A stretch of 64,000 nt of DNA from Clostridia bacterium (GTDB lineage: Bacteria; Bacillota; Clostridia; Christensenellales; CAG-138). Of the stretch, positions 46,391 to 55,164 are shown in pieces (position 1 is the stretch's first letter; each line of letters begins with the position of its first letter). The stretch lies in the NCBI GenBank assembly GCA_017448545.1, contig JAFSLH010000005.1:52627-116626 (forward strand), read 5' to 3'. A program made the position numbers and the translations under genes. The notes below the pieces were generated by a model that did not search any database, had not been told where the DNA came from, and worked only from the letters and a program-made list of their open reading frames with translations.

Positions 46391-46933
46391 TTAGCGCTCC
46401 CCGCGCCGGTTGACGCAGATTTCGTTGACGCCGTCAATTTCCGCAACGCGAACGCTGACGAATTCTTCGCGCGACGTCGGAATGTTCTTACCGACGAAGT
46501 TTGCGCTGATCGGCAGTTCCCGGTGTCCGCGGTCGACCGCGACGCAGAGCTGAATCGCGGCAGGCCGTCCGAGCTCGATCAGGGCGTCCATGGCGGCGCG
46601 CGCTGTCCGTCCCGTGTACAGCACGTCGTCCACAAGAACGATTACCTTCTTGTTGACGTCGAACGGGATCACCGTCTGGTTGACGTGCGGCATATCGAAT
46701 CGTTCCTCAAGATCATCGCGGTACAGCGTGATATCGAGTTCTCCGATTTCGATCTTCCAGTCCGAGAAGCGTTCAATGTTGGCTTTCAAACGCTTGGCAA
46801 GGGGAACGCCTCTTCGACGGATGCCGACCAGATACAGTTCGGTTGCTTCTTCGTTTCGCTCGATGATTTCATGCGACAGCCGCATCAGCATCCGGTTCAT
46901 CGTTTGCTCATCGACGAGCTTCCGTTCCTCCAT
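46391..46933 (-). CDS. pyrR: Bifunctional pyr operon regulator / uracil phosphoribosyltransferase PyrR
   Basis: MNRMLMRLSHEIIERN, the PRPP loop VVLVDDVLYTGRTARAA, and a length of 180 aa. The ATG at 46933 follows GGAGGAA. Confidence 0.92.
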   Translation of the reverse strand: MEERKLVDEQTMNRMLMRLSHEIIERNEEATELYLVGIRRRGVPLAKRLKANIERFSDWKIEIGELDITLYRDDLEERFDMPHVNQTVIPFDVNKKVIVLVDDVLYTGRTARAAMDALIELGRPAAIQLCVAVDRGHRELPISANFVGKNIPTSREEFVSVRVAEIDGVNEICVNRRGER

Positions 46934-46947
46934 TGCGTTCCTCCGCA

Positions 46948-47045
46948 TAAAAAAATCTTGCTGTTGGCACAGCAAGACAGACTTTTCTTTGAAAGCGATA
47001 TTGTAAGCCTTGCCGGCATCTCGTACCGAATTAAAGGATCTTTTT
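46948..47045 (-). promoter_or_regulatory. PyrR-binding attenuator (binding loop plus intrinsic terminator)
   Basis: The minus strand carries GATCCTTTAATTCGGTACGAGATGCCGGCAAGGCTTAC, which resembles the PyrR binding hairpin. It is followed by TCTTGCTGT-GCCA-ACAGCAAGA and TTTTTTT, directly upstream of pyrR. Confidence 0.6.
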
Positions 47046-47056
47046 GATTCGTCGGT

Positions 47057-47085
47057 ATCATATCATACGGATTTTGGTTTGTAAA
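47057..47085 (-). promoter_or_regulatory. Putative promoter of pyrR-pyrP (TTTACA-17-TATGAT)
   Basis: Minus-strand TTTACA at 47085-47080, a 17-nt spacer, and TATGAT at 47062-47057. Confidence 0.45.
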
Positions 47086-47227
47086 GTAGAAACTTCACTT
47101 TTTTGCAACATTTTTTCACATTTTCGGACTACAACCTTTTGCGGTTATTGGCTCAACCGGTGCAAGATATGGGGGATCGATCTTTTTTCCTTGCAAATCC
47201 GGGGCCGATGCGGTATACTGTCGATCC

Positions 47228-48148
47228 ATGAAAACGACGTCGAAAAAGCCGCTTCGCGGCGCTCTGATTCTTTTGACAGCCACCGTCATCTGGGGGCTTG
47301 CTTATATTGCGCAGAGCGACGCGATGCAGTATCTCGACGTACTGACGTTCAACGGCGTGCGGATTCTGCTCGGCGGAATCGCGCTGATTCCGATCGTTCC
47401 GCTGTATCATCGGTTCGATCCGGCCTATCGGACGCATTCCGCTGATCAAAAGAAACAGACGTTCCGCGTTTCCGTGATCGGCGGCGTGGTTTGCGGCGTC
47501 TGCATGGGAACGGCGGCGACGCTTCAGCAGTACGGAATCGCTATGACGTCCGCCGGAAAGTCCGGCTTTTTGACTGCCCTGTATATCGTTCTGGTTCCGA
47601 TCGTCGGCATCCTGTTTCGGCGGCGCGTACCGTGGATCGGGATCGTCAGCGTCGGGATTGCGGTCGTCGGTTCCTACTTTCTGTGCGTAAAGAACAGCTT
47701 CGTTATCGAAAAGGGCGATTGGCTGTTGATTCTGGACGCGGTCGCGTTCGCGTTCCAGATCCTGTTTATCGACTTTTTCCTGGAGCGCGGCGGCGACAGC
47801 GTGACGATGGCATGCGTCGAGTTTCTGACGGCGGGTCTTTTGCTGTTCCCGCTTATGTTCCTGTTTGAACAGCCGACGTGGCAGAACATCTGGGCGGCGC
47901 GAAACACGATTCTGTACGCCGGGTTGGTCTCCGGAGCGGTCGGGTATTCCATGCAGATGCTCGGGCAAAAGGAACTGGAACCGACCGCTGCGTCGCTGCT
48001 TATGAGCCTCGAATCGGTCTTTGCGGCGCTGTTCGGCTGGTGGCTGCTCGGGGAACGCATGACGCATCGGGAACTGATCGGCTGCGCGCTTGTGTTCATT
48101 GCCGTCATTCTTTCACAGCTTCCGATCGGAAGACGGAGGGATACGTGA
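47228..48148 (+). CDS. DMT superfamily (EamA-like) transporter
   Basis: Ten TM segments arranged as two EamA repeats, with LTATVIWGLAYIAQ at the N-terminus. Confidence 0.85.
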   Translation: MKTTSKKPLRGALILLTATVIWGLAYIAQSDAMQYLDVLTFNGVRILLGGIALIPIVPLYHRFDPAYRTHSADQKKQTFRVSVIGGVVCGVCMGTAATLQQYGIAMTSAGKSGFLTALYIVLVPIVGILFRRRVPWIGIVSVGIAVVGSYFLCVKNSFVIEKGDWLLILDAVAFAFQILFIDFFLERGGDSVTMACVEFLTAGLLLFPLMFLFEQPTWQNIWAARNTILYAGLVSGAVGYSMQMLGQKELEPTAASLLMSLESVFAALFGWWLLGERMTHRELIGCALVFIAVILSQLPIGRRRDT

Positions 48149-48495
48149 TGTACGTTTATATTCTGCGCTGCAAAGACGGCTCGCTTTACACGGGAATCAC
48201 GCCGGACGTGCAGCGGCGATACGCAGAGCATTGTGCCGGCAAAGGCGCCAAATACACGAAAAGTCATCCGCCCGTTTCGCTGGAGGCGGTATGGCAGGTC
48301 GCCGATAAATCGGACGCGCTGCGACTGGAATACCGGATCAAATCGCTTTCCAAAGAACAAAAGGAACGGCTTTTGACGGATGAGCCGGACGAGACGGTTC
48401 TCGGAATCCCGGCAGAGCGAACAGCACGGACGCTCAATAAAGATGAAACACGCGGCTTTCTTCCGGACGATCGGGACAGTTTCGCGTGTTTTTAG
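48148..48495 (+). CDS. GIY-YIG nuclease family protein (UPF0213-like)
   Basis: MYVYILRCKDGSLYTGIT-RRYAEH is a GIY-YIG signature. The start overlaps the DMT stop codon by 1 nt. Confidence 0.8.
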   Translation: MYVYILRCKDGSLYTGITPDVQRRYAEHCAGKGAKYTKSHPPVSLEAVWQVADKSDALRLEYRIKSLSKEQKERLLTDEPDETVLGIPAERTARTLNKDETRGFLPDDRDSFACF

Positions 48496-49334
48496 TAGTG
48501 TTCAACGATATAGGTTTTTCGTAGTTTCGCGATGCGATCCAGCGGAACGTTGCTTTTCAGCGCAAACCCGTGTACGGGACGGATCAGTGTGCCGGGCAAA
48601 CCGCAGTCGACCGGCAGGTCAGCGGAAACGGTTTTGGAGGGCGAGAATGCCGCGGCGGCGCGCAGCAGCAGCCGGTAATGCGCCGGGGAAGCGGCAAAAC
48701 ATTCCGTGACCTCGACGCCGTTTTCTCCGGGCAAAAAGCAGAGGTATCCGTTTCCGTCGATCGTTCGGATGGTTCTGCCGCCGTCCGCTTTGTATTCCTG
48801 CATCGCAAGCTGAAACTGTTTTTGATTGCGAAGCAGCATCAGCGGATGGGAACGCGCACAGGCGAGATAGATAACCAGATGCCGAATGGGGTCCGGCGTT
48901 TCCGTAATCAGCTGCAGTTCGTCCGGCGTCGCCGCTGTTTCTTCTGTTCGCATGGCGTACGTGAGCGGGACGAACCCAAAGGGTACATATAGATCCGGAA
49001 TGGCAGGGGAGAGCAGAGCAAGATCAAAGCTTTGCTCTTTTGCGTTTTGCAGCAGTTGCGTGAGCGTTTCGGTCATCAATCCCCGGCGCCGGTATTCCGG
49101 CAGCGTACTGACGCCGGATATCATGACGGCCTTCAGCGTCGGGATTCCGGTCACGACCGGACGGCTAAGCGACATCGAAACAAGCCGTCCGTCGTCAAAC
49201 GCGCCGAACGAAAGCGTCGGCGCAAACCGATAGGTGAAGAAAAACGTGGCAAACGGGAGCGTGTCGTGAAAGACTTCTTGCCAAAGCCCCATGGCGGCGA
49301 ATCGGTCTTCGGAGCAAAGCGGACGAATTGTCAT
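48492..49334 (-). CDS. GNAT family N-acetyltransferase (Eis-like, with C-terminal SCP2-like part)
   Basis: The acetyl-CoA loop VSTLPEYRRRGLMTETL. The ATG at 49334 forms an ATGA overlap with the upstream FtsW/RodA gene. Confidence 0.7.
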   Translation of the reverse strand: MTIRPLCSEDRFAAMGLWQEVFHDTLPFATFFFTYRFAPTLSFGAFDDGRLVSMSLSRPVVTGIPTLKAVMISGVSTLPEYRRRGLMTETLTQLLQNAKEQSFDLALLSPAIPDLYVPFGFVPLTYAMRTEETAATPDELQLITETPDPIRHLVIYLACARSHPLMLLRNQKQFQLAMQEYKADGGRTIRTIDGNGYLCFLPGENGVEVTECFAASPAHYRLLLRAAAAFSPSKTVSADLPVDCGLPGTLIRPVHGFALKSNVPLDRIAKLRKTYIVEHY

Positions 49335-50497
49335 AGCCGCCGCCTTCCGCCTGCTCGCGCGTAAACGCTCATAACGATGCCGACACAGGCCAGGGACGCA
49401 AGGATATTCGAACCGCCGTAGCTGATAAACGGCAGCGGAATGCCGGTGACAGGCATCGCGCCCATGCACATACCGATGTTTTCAAATACGTGGGACGCAA
49501 GCATGGCCGTACAGCCGACGACGAGGCAGCGCCCGTAAATATCGCGTGCGCGGAGCGCCGTCCGAAGCCAATGGAAAAACAGCACGAAAAAGGCAAGAAT
49601 CAGCACGGTGCAGCCGATAAAGCCGAGTCCCTCGCCGATCCCGGCAAAGATGAAATCGCTGTGCCAGACCGGAACGTAGCCGGTTTGAATCAAAGTGCCT
49701 TTGACAAAGTACCCTTTTCCGAACAGACCGCCGGAACCGATAACCTGCTTTGCGTGCAGAACGTTCAGGCCGTCGCCCTTCAGGTCGCGCGTCGGATCCA
49801 AAAAGACGCGAATGCGGTTCTTTTGCACTTCGGTGAAAAAGAACTGCCATCCGATTACGGCAGCGGCGGCCATACCGCCCGCGCCGATTGCAAGATACGC
49901 CCAATGCAGCCGTACTGCAAACAGAATCGCGATCGCTATGACGAGCAGAACCATCGCAGTTCCGAAGTCTCGCTGCAAAAGCACAAGCACGAACGGAACG
50001 AGAACATAGAGCATACAGATCAAAACATCAAGCGGACGGGAGAGCGCGCCGTGCCGTTCGTAGCGCTCGGCGGCCGTCTTGGACAGAATGATGATCAGTA
50101 CGACCTTAGTGAGTTCACTGGGCTGAAACGCGCGCGTGCCGATCGTGTACCAGCCGAACGCGCCGCGTGTGTTTTCCCCGATCAGAACGAGCAGGAGCAG
50201 CAGAACCAGACAAACCAGATATGCTGTTTTGGAAAACGGCTTATACAGCTCGTAATCAAAGATTGCAAGCGGGACTGCGAGCAGCAGCGAAATGGCAATA
50301 TTGCCGACCTGTCTCGACGGGAACGCCAGGTGCATCTTGTCCAGATAATCCTGAAAAGAGACTTCGCTGCCGTCGAACGGGTCGCAGAATACGTTCACAA
50401 GCGTAACGAGACCGAACAAAACCAAGGTCGAAACAAGAATGATCGTCAGAACATCCACACGGTACGGCGCTTTGATTCGGGTCGTTTCACGGGTCAT
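49331..50497 (-). CDS. FtsW/RodA/SpoVE family peptidoglycan glycosyltransferase
   Basis: Ten TM segments and SEDS motifs (FQPSELTKV, HSDFIFAGIGEGLGF, PLPFISYGGS). Confidence 0.9.
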   Translation of the reverse strand: MTRETTRIKAPYRVDVLTIILVSTLVLFGLVTLVNVFCDPFDGSEVSFQDYLDKMHLAFPSRQVGNIAISLLLAVPLAIFDYELYKPFSKTAYLVCLVLLLLLVLIGENTRGAFGWYTIGTRAFQPSELTKVVLIIILSKTAAERYERHGALSRPLDVLICMLYVLVPFVLVLLQRDFGTAMVLLVIAIAILFAVRLHWAYLAIGAGGMAAAAVIGWQFFFTEVQKNRIRVFLDPTRDLKGDGLNVLHAKQVIGSGGLFGKGYFVKGTLIQTGYVPVWHSDFIFAGIGEGLGFIGCTVLILAFFVLFFHWLRTALRARDIYGRCLVVGCTAMLASHVFENIGMCMGAMPVTGIPLPFISYGGSNILASLACVGIVMSVYARAGGRRRL

Positions 50498-50523
50498 CGA
50501 ACGATGTCTTCCTCCTGTTTGGG

Positions 50524-51327
50524 TTACAGAATCTGTTTTTGAAACGCATGAAATGCGTCGCGCAGCTGTGCTATATCCGTATAGGTGTCGCTGTATACTT
50601 CGATCAGCACGTCTCCGTCGAATCCTTTTGTCTGCAGACGGCGGACAAGACCTGCAAAATCGAACCCGCCGTAGGGCGGCAGCAGATAGCGCACTTTGCC
50701 GTTTTCGGTCTTGCAGTCACAGCAGTGTACCGCGTCGATTCGCTCGCCGACGGCGTCGACAAAGGAGAACGGGTCTACGCCGCTGCGGATCGCCTGCTTG
50801 ACGTCCAGCGTGAAATGCAGGCCGTCGTTCCGCATCGCATCCAAAAGTTGAAGCGCAAAGTCCGGTTCCCGGCAGAAGCACCAGCTGACGTTTTCGAGCG
50901 TCAGGCGCACGTCGTATTCGGCCGCCATTGAAACAAGCCGATCAAAGACGGGAGCGATTCGTTCGATTTCGAGGTTTTTTGCCGCGCCCGAAAGATGCGC
51001 AGCGCCGTGCATGCAGTACCGATGCGCACCGAGCCGCTTTGCGGCGACGAGCACCTTTTCGTAGATGCGGAAGGCGTCGTCGATCTGTCGCGGATGCAGC
51101 GAAAAGAGCTGCGATTCAAACATGGAGCTCATCGGATGAACGCTGGTGACCGTGACGCCCGCTTCGCGCGTTCGCTGTGCAAGGAGCGAGATGAACTCCG
51201 GCTCGTACTCACTGAGCGAATTCAGAAAATACTCCGCATAGGGGACGCCCCAATCCCGCAGGACGGCAGGGATGTCCTCCAGCATATACAGATTGTAAAA
51301 GCTTGCAGTTGAAATTCCGACTCGCAT
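50524..51327 (-). CDS. Sugar phosphate isomerase/epimerase (xylose isomerase-like TIM barrel)
   Basis: The N-terminus MRVGISTASF and an AP-endonuclease-2-like barrel pattern. The ATG is at 51327. Confidence 0.7.
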   Translation of the reverse strand: MRVGISTASFYNLYMLEDIPAVLRDWGVPYAEYFLNSLSEYEPEFISLLAQRTREAGVTVTSVHPMSSMFESQLFSLHPRQIDDAFRIYEKVLVAAKRLGAHRYCMHGAAHLSGAAKNLEIERIAPVFDRLVSMAAEYDVRLTLENVSWCFCREPDFALQLLDAMRNDGLHFTLDVKQAIRSGVDPFSFVDAVGERIDAVHCCDCKTENGKVRYLLPPYGGFDFAGLVRRLQTKGFDGDVLIEVYSDTYTDIAQLRDAFHAFQKQIL

Positions 51328-51417
51328 AAATACCTCTGCACTATTGTAGCATCCTTTTTTCCGGATGGCAAACAAAACAAAAAGATTTTTCGCATCAAAT
51401 TATTATTTAGAAATGGG

Positions 51418-51446
51418 TTTACAAAAATGAAAAAGCGTTGTAAAAT
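51418..51446 (+). promoter_or_regulatory. Sigma-A-type promoter (TTTACA-17-TAAAAT)
   Basis: TTTACA at 51418-51423, a 17-nt spacer, and TAAAAT at 51441-51446. The short leader contains a hairpin, ATCGCGT-GCA-ACGCGAT. Confidence 0.5.
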
Positions 51447-51504
51447 GTAAAAGGTAAATCGCGTGCAACGCGATCCGAATACGATTTTAAGAGGGAGCCG
51501 CAAT

Positions 51505-52977
51505 ATGATTGATCTTACCATGAACCGCGAGAATCTCAAGCGCACGATCGATCGCGCAAAAGAGCGCAACATCATTATCCCGACCTTTGCCGAAATGCAG
51601 CATCCGGAAACGATTCCCGAGGCGATTCAAAGCAAACTGCCCGAAGTCGGGCTTTGGGACGTGAACCCGCTGAACCTGTTCCGTATCACATGGAAAAACA
51701 ACCCCGTTGAAAAGGGCGGCGACGGAAAGTTCGGCGACGTCAACTATATCGAAATCCCGCAGCAGCTGTCCGGCGTAAAAGCGCGGATCGTGATGCTGGT
51801 CGGCAAATGGTTCCCGACCGGTTGCCACAAGGTCGGCGCGTCGTTCGGTTGCCTTGTTCCGCGTCTTGTGACTGGCCAGTTCGATCCGACGTATCATAAA
51901 GCCGTTTGGCCGTCCACCGGCAACTATTGCCGCGGCGGCGCGTACAACAGCGCGCTGCTCGCCTGCAATTCGATTGCAATCCTGCCGGAAGAAATGAGCG
52001 CAGAGCGTTTTGAATGGCTGAAGACCGTCGCGGGAGAGATCATCGCAACGCCGGGCTGCGAGTCGAACGTCAAAGAGATTTTCGACGAGACGCATCGTCT
52101 CCGCAAACGTCCCGAAGTCATGATCTTCAACCAGTTCGAAGAAATGGGCAATCCGCTTTGGCATTATCAGGTCACCGGTCATGCGATCGCGGAAGTCGTG
52201 GAAAAGATCAAGGGTGAGGGCGACCGGTTTGCCGGCGCGGCCTTTACGTCCGGTTCGGCCGGCACGATGAGCGCCGGCGACTACCTGAAGGAAGTTTATC
52301 CCGGTTCGAAGCTCGCCGTCGGCGAAGCGCTCCAGTGCCCGACGCTCCTGAACAACGGATTCGGCGGCCACCGTATCGAGGGTATCGGCGACAAGCACGT
52401 GCCGTGGATTCACAACGTCAAGAACACCGATATGGTGATCGCGATTGACGACGAGGACAGCCAGCGTCTGCTGCGGCTTTTCAACGATCCGGAAGGGCAT
52501 CGGTACCTGAAAGAGATCGGCGTTCCGGCGGACTTCGTGGAGAAGCTCCCGCTGCTCGGTATTTCCGGCATCGCAAACATGCTTTGCTGCATTAAGATGG
52601 CGAAGTATTACGAGCTGACCGAACACGATATTCTGGCGTCCGTGTGCACCGACTCTGCCGTTATGTATCAGAGCCGTATTCGGGAGCTCGAAGAAGCGTA
52701 CGGCGAGTATACCGAAGCGAAAGCGGCGGCCGATTACGCCGAGCATCTGCACGGTCTGCGTACCGACAGCATGGAGGAACTCACCTACGTCACGCGTAAG
52801 CGCATTCACAACCTCAAGTATTACACCTGGGTTGAGCAGCAGGGTAAGACGGTGGAAGAACTCAACGCGCAGTGGTACGATCCGGACTACTGGAAGAACG
52901 TCCACAACCAGATGGACGAAATCGACGAACTGATCAACGAGTTCAACGACCAGACCGGCCTTCTGAAGAATCTGTAA
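51505..52977 (+). CDS. PLP-dependent enzyme, tryptophan-synthase-beta (fold type II) superfamily, function unknown
   Basis: 490 aa. The candidate PLP lysine is in FPTGCHKVGA, with a glycine loop at TSGSAGTMSAG. The ATG at 51505 follows GAGGGAG. Confidence 0.7.
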   Translation: MIDLTMNRENLKRTIDRAKERNIIIPTFAEMQHPETIPEAIQSKLPEVGLWDVNPLNLFRITWKNNPVEKGGDGKFGDVNYIEIPQQLSGVKARIVMLVGKWFPTGCHKVGASFGCLVPRLVTGQFDPTYHKAVWPSTGNYCRGGAYNSALLACNSIAILPEEMSAERFEWLKTVAGEIIATPGCESNVKEIFDETHRLRKRPEVMIFNQFEEMGNPLWHYQVTGHAIAEVVEKIKGEGDRFAGAAFTSGSAGTMSAGDYLKEVYPGSKLAVGEALQCPTLLNNGFGGHRIEGIGDKHVPWIHNVKNTDMVIAIDDEDSQRLLRLFNDPEGHRYLKEIGVPADFVEKLPLLGISGIANMLCCIKMAKYYELTEHDILASVCTDSAVMYQSRIRELEEAYGEYTEAKAAADYAEHLHGLRTDSMEELTYVTRKRIHNLKYYTWVEQQGKTVEELNAQWYDPDYWKNVHNQMDEIDELINEFNDQTGLLKNL

Positions 52978-52996
52978 TCCGACAGACAAACAACAT

Positions 52997-53026
52997 GCGG
53001 GACCGCTTTTTCGGCGGTCCCGTTTG
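52997..53026. terminator. Bidirectional terminator hairpin
   Basis: GCGGGACCGC-TTTTTCG-GCGGTCCCG followed by TTT, between convergent genes. Confidence 0.6.
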
Positions 53027-53038
53027 CGTTCAGATGGG

Positions 53039-54022
53039 TTATTTGCCTTCGGCGGCTTTTGCAACGGCATTGTCTACCAATGCGGCAAAGGCAGGGCGTG
53101 CGGTCAGAACGCCGTTGAACTCCATGATGTCCAGCAGACGGTTATAGTCGCTTTCCTCCATCGTCAGTTCCGTTTTCCATGCGTCGGTCTGTCGGTAAGA
53201 AGCGGCGACAATTTTCAGGCTGTTCAGCGAAGCGTCCGGAAAATATGGCTGCATCGCTTTGGCAACCTCCTCATCGGCAGCCGTCTGAATCCAGACCTGC
53301 GCCCGATGAATCGCGCGGAGAAACGCCATGGTTTTCTCCGAAGTCTTTTGCGCTTCGGTCGTGAAATAGCAGGTATAGGGCACTTCGCCTGATTCGAGAC
53401 CGATGTTTGCGACGATATACCCTTTTCCGGCGTTCTGGAATTCGGTCGCGGTCGGCTCAAAGAGCGTGACGTAATCGCCCTCGCCGCCTTCAAAGGCGCC
53501 GGCCATCAGATTGAATTGAATCGAGTCGATGATCGTGCAGTTTTCCCCGTCAACAAGGCCGTTGTTTGCCATAACGTAGCGCAGCGTCATGATCGGCATG
53601 CCGCCGGCTCTGCCGCCGATCACGGACTTTCCGATCAGATCGCTCCAGGAAAACGAATCGGTCGGCGTCCGGGAAATCAGGAATGATCCGTCACGCTTGG
53701 TCAGCTGCCCGACGATCACCGGGTGCTCCGCTTTTCCTTCGTTCATGATGTATACGCCGGTTTCCGGTCCGGCCAGGCAGATGTCTGCCTCTCCGGCAAG
53801 CAGCGCGGTCATGGCCTTTTCGCTGCCGCCCGACGTTGTGATTTCGACGCGGATGCCTTCTTCCTCAAAGAATCCGAGCGCGTCGGCAACGTACTGCGGC
53901 GCATAGAATACCGATCGCGTGACTTCATGCAAGCGGACGACCGGCGTATCGGCCGACTTCTTGGCGCAGCCGACAAACGGCAGAAGCAGCAGGGAGAGCA
54001 GCACAGCAAACCATTTTTTCAT
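53039..54022 (-). CDS. ABC transporter substrate-binding lipoprotein (NMT1/THI5-like, NitT/TauT family)
   Basis: Lipobox LLPFVGCA and an SsuA/THI5-like body. The ATG at 54022 follows GGAGG. No permease or ATPase gene is adjacent. Confidence 0.75.
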   Translation of the reverse strand: MKKWFAVLLSLLLLPFVGCAKKSADTPVVRLHEVTRSVFYAPQYVADALGFFEEEGIRVEITTSGGSEKAMTALLAGEADICLAGPETGVYIMNEGKAEHPVIVGQLTKRDGSFLISRTPTDSFSWSDLIGKSVIGGRAGGMPIMTLRYVMANNGLVDGENCTIIDSIQFNLMAGAFEGGEGDYVTLFEPTATEFQNAGKGYIVANIGLESGEVPYTCYFTTEAQKTSEKTMAFLRAIHRAQVWIQTAADEEVAKAMQPYFPDASLNSLKIVAASYRQTDAWKTELTMEESDYNRLLDIMEFNGVLTARPAFAALVDNAVAKAAEGK

Positions 54023-54135
54023 AGGAACCTCCATGTGTTTTTTCTGTAATGATATGACGGTCGGAAAAAATGCGTGCATCCCTTGAAATCTTCTTTGGAA
54101 TCGGTTATACTAATCGCAGCGGGAGGTATAGCACA

Positions 54136-54390
54136 ATGGAAAATATGGATACCACCAGAAAGTTTCGGGCGGCGAAGGACATTCGTTCTCCGGAAGAAGT
54201 ATTGATGACGGTTTACCGCGCCATGCAGACCAAGGGCTACGATCCGGTCAATCAGATCGTGGGCTATTTGCTGTCCGGCGATCCGACGTATATCACGAGC
54301 CATAACAACGCCCGGTATCTTGTTCTGCGCATGGAGCGGGACGATCTGCTGGAAGAATTGGTTCGCTCCTATATTGAGCATCACGAATGA
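54136..54390 (+). CDS. ireB: IreB family regulatory phosphoprotein (UPF0297, YrzL-like)
   Basis: GYDPVNQIVGYLLSGDPTYITSHNNAR is near-identical in pattern to B. subtilis YrzL. The ATG follows GGGAGG. Confidence 0.9.
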   Translation: MENMDTTRKFRAAKDIRSPEEVLMTVYRAMQTKGYDPVNQIVGYLLSGDPTYITSHNNARYLVLRMERDDLLEELVRSYIEHHE

Positions 54391-54803
54391 GAACGCTTTG
54401 TCTTGACGTAGGCGATCGCAGGATCGGCGTGGCTGTTTCGGATGCGCTCGGCATCACGGCGCAGGGACTCGAAACCTATTGGCGCACCGACAGCACGAAA
54501 AAGGACGTCGCTTATATTTTGAACCTGCTACGGCAATACGCGCCCTGTCGGCTGCTGCTGGGACTTCCGATGAATATGAACGGAACGCTCGGCGAGCAGG
54601 GGGAGAAGGTACAGCGCTTCGCAGACGCCATCCGAAAGGAATGGGACGGCGAGATCGTTTTCTTTGATGAACGGCTGACGACGATGACGGCGCGGCGCGT
54701 TCTGCTGGATGCGGATATTTCCCGCGGCAAACAGAAAAAGGTGATCGATAAGCTGGCAGCGGTCGTGATCCTGCAGGGCTATATGGAAAGCCATCCCGTA
54801 TAA
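54387..54803 (+). CDS. ruvX: Holliday junction resolvase-like nuclease RuvX (YqgF)
   Basis: The N-terminus LCLDVGDRRIGVAVSD, a length of 138 aa, and the conserved position after ireB. Confidence 0.9.
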   Translation: MRTLCLDVGDRRIGVAVSDALGITAQGLETYWRTDSTKKDVAYILNLLRQYAPCRLLLGLPMNMNGTLGEQGEKVQRFADAIRKEWDGEIVFFDERLTTMTARRVLLDADISRGKQKKVIDKLAAVVILQGYMESHPV

Positions 54804-54826
54804 AGAAAAAGAAAGAGGAATGCAAG

Positions 54827-55111
54827 ATGGAAGAAAACAACAGCATCATTACGCTGACAGATGAGAACGGCAACGAAGCGGATTTCGATCTGGTCTGCAC
54901 GTTCGATTATGAGAATCGCAAGTTCGCAGCGATGTTCCCGATCGGAGACGTCGAAAACGTTGCCGACGACGAAGTCGTGATTCTCGAGATCGTCAAGGAC
55001 GGCGACGGCGAGATTCTGGCGCCGATCGAAAACGAGATTCTGCTCGACGAAGTGTTCAACGAGTTCATGGAAATCTTCGAGGACATGGCTGACGCAGACG
55101 ACGAGGAATAA
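54827..55111 (+). CDS. DUF1292 domain protein (YrzB-like)
   Basis: An acidic 94-aa protein containing ITLTDENGNEADFDL. It is the third member of the conserved yrzL-yrrK-yrzB cluster. Confidence 0.8.
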   Translation: MEENNSIITLTDENGNEADFDLVCTFDYENRKFAAMFPIGDVENVADDEVVILEIVKDGDGEILAPIENEILLDEVFNEFMEIFEDMADADDEE

Positions 55112-55127
55112 GCCCCAAAACATGCAG

Positions 55128-55160
55128 CATCCCGCAGAATTGACCTGCGGGATGTTTTTT
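55128..55160 (+). terminator. Intrinsic terminator
   Basis: CATCCCGCAG-AATTGAC-CTGCGGGATG followed by TTTTTT. Confidence 0.75.
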
Positions 55161-55164
55161 GCAA

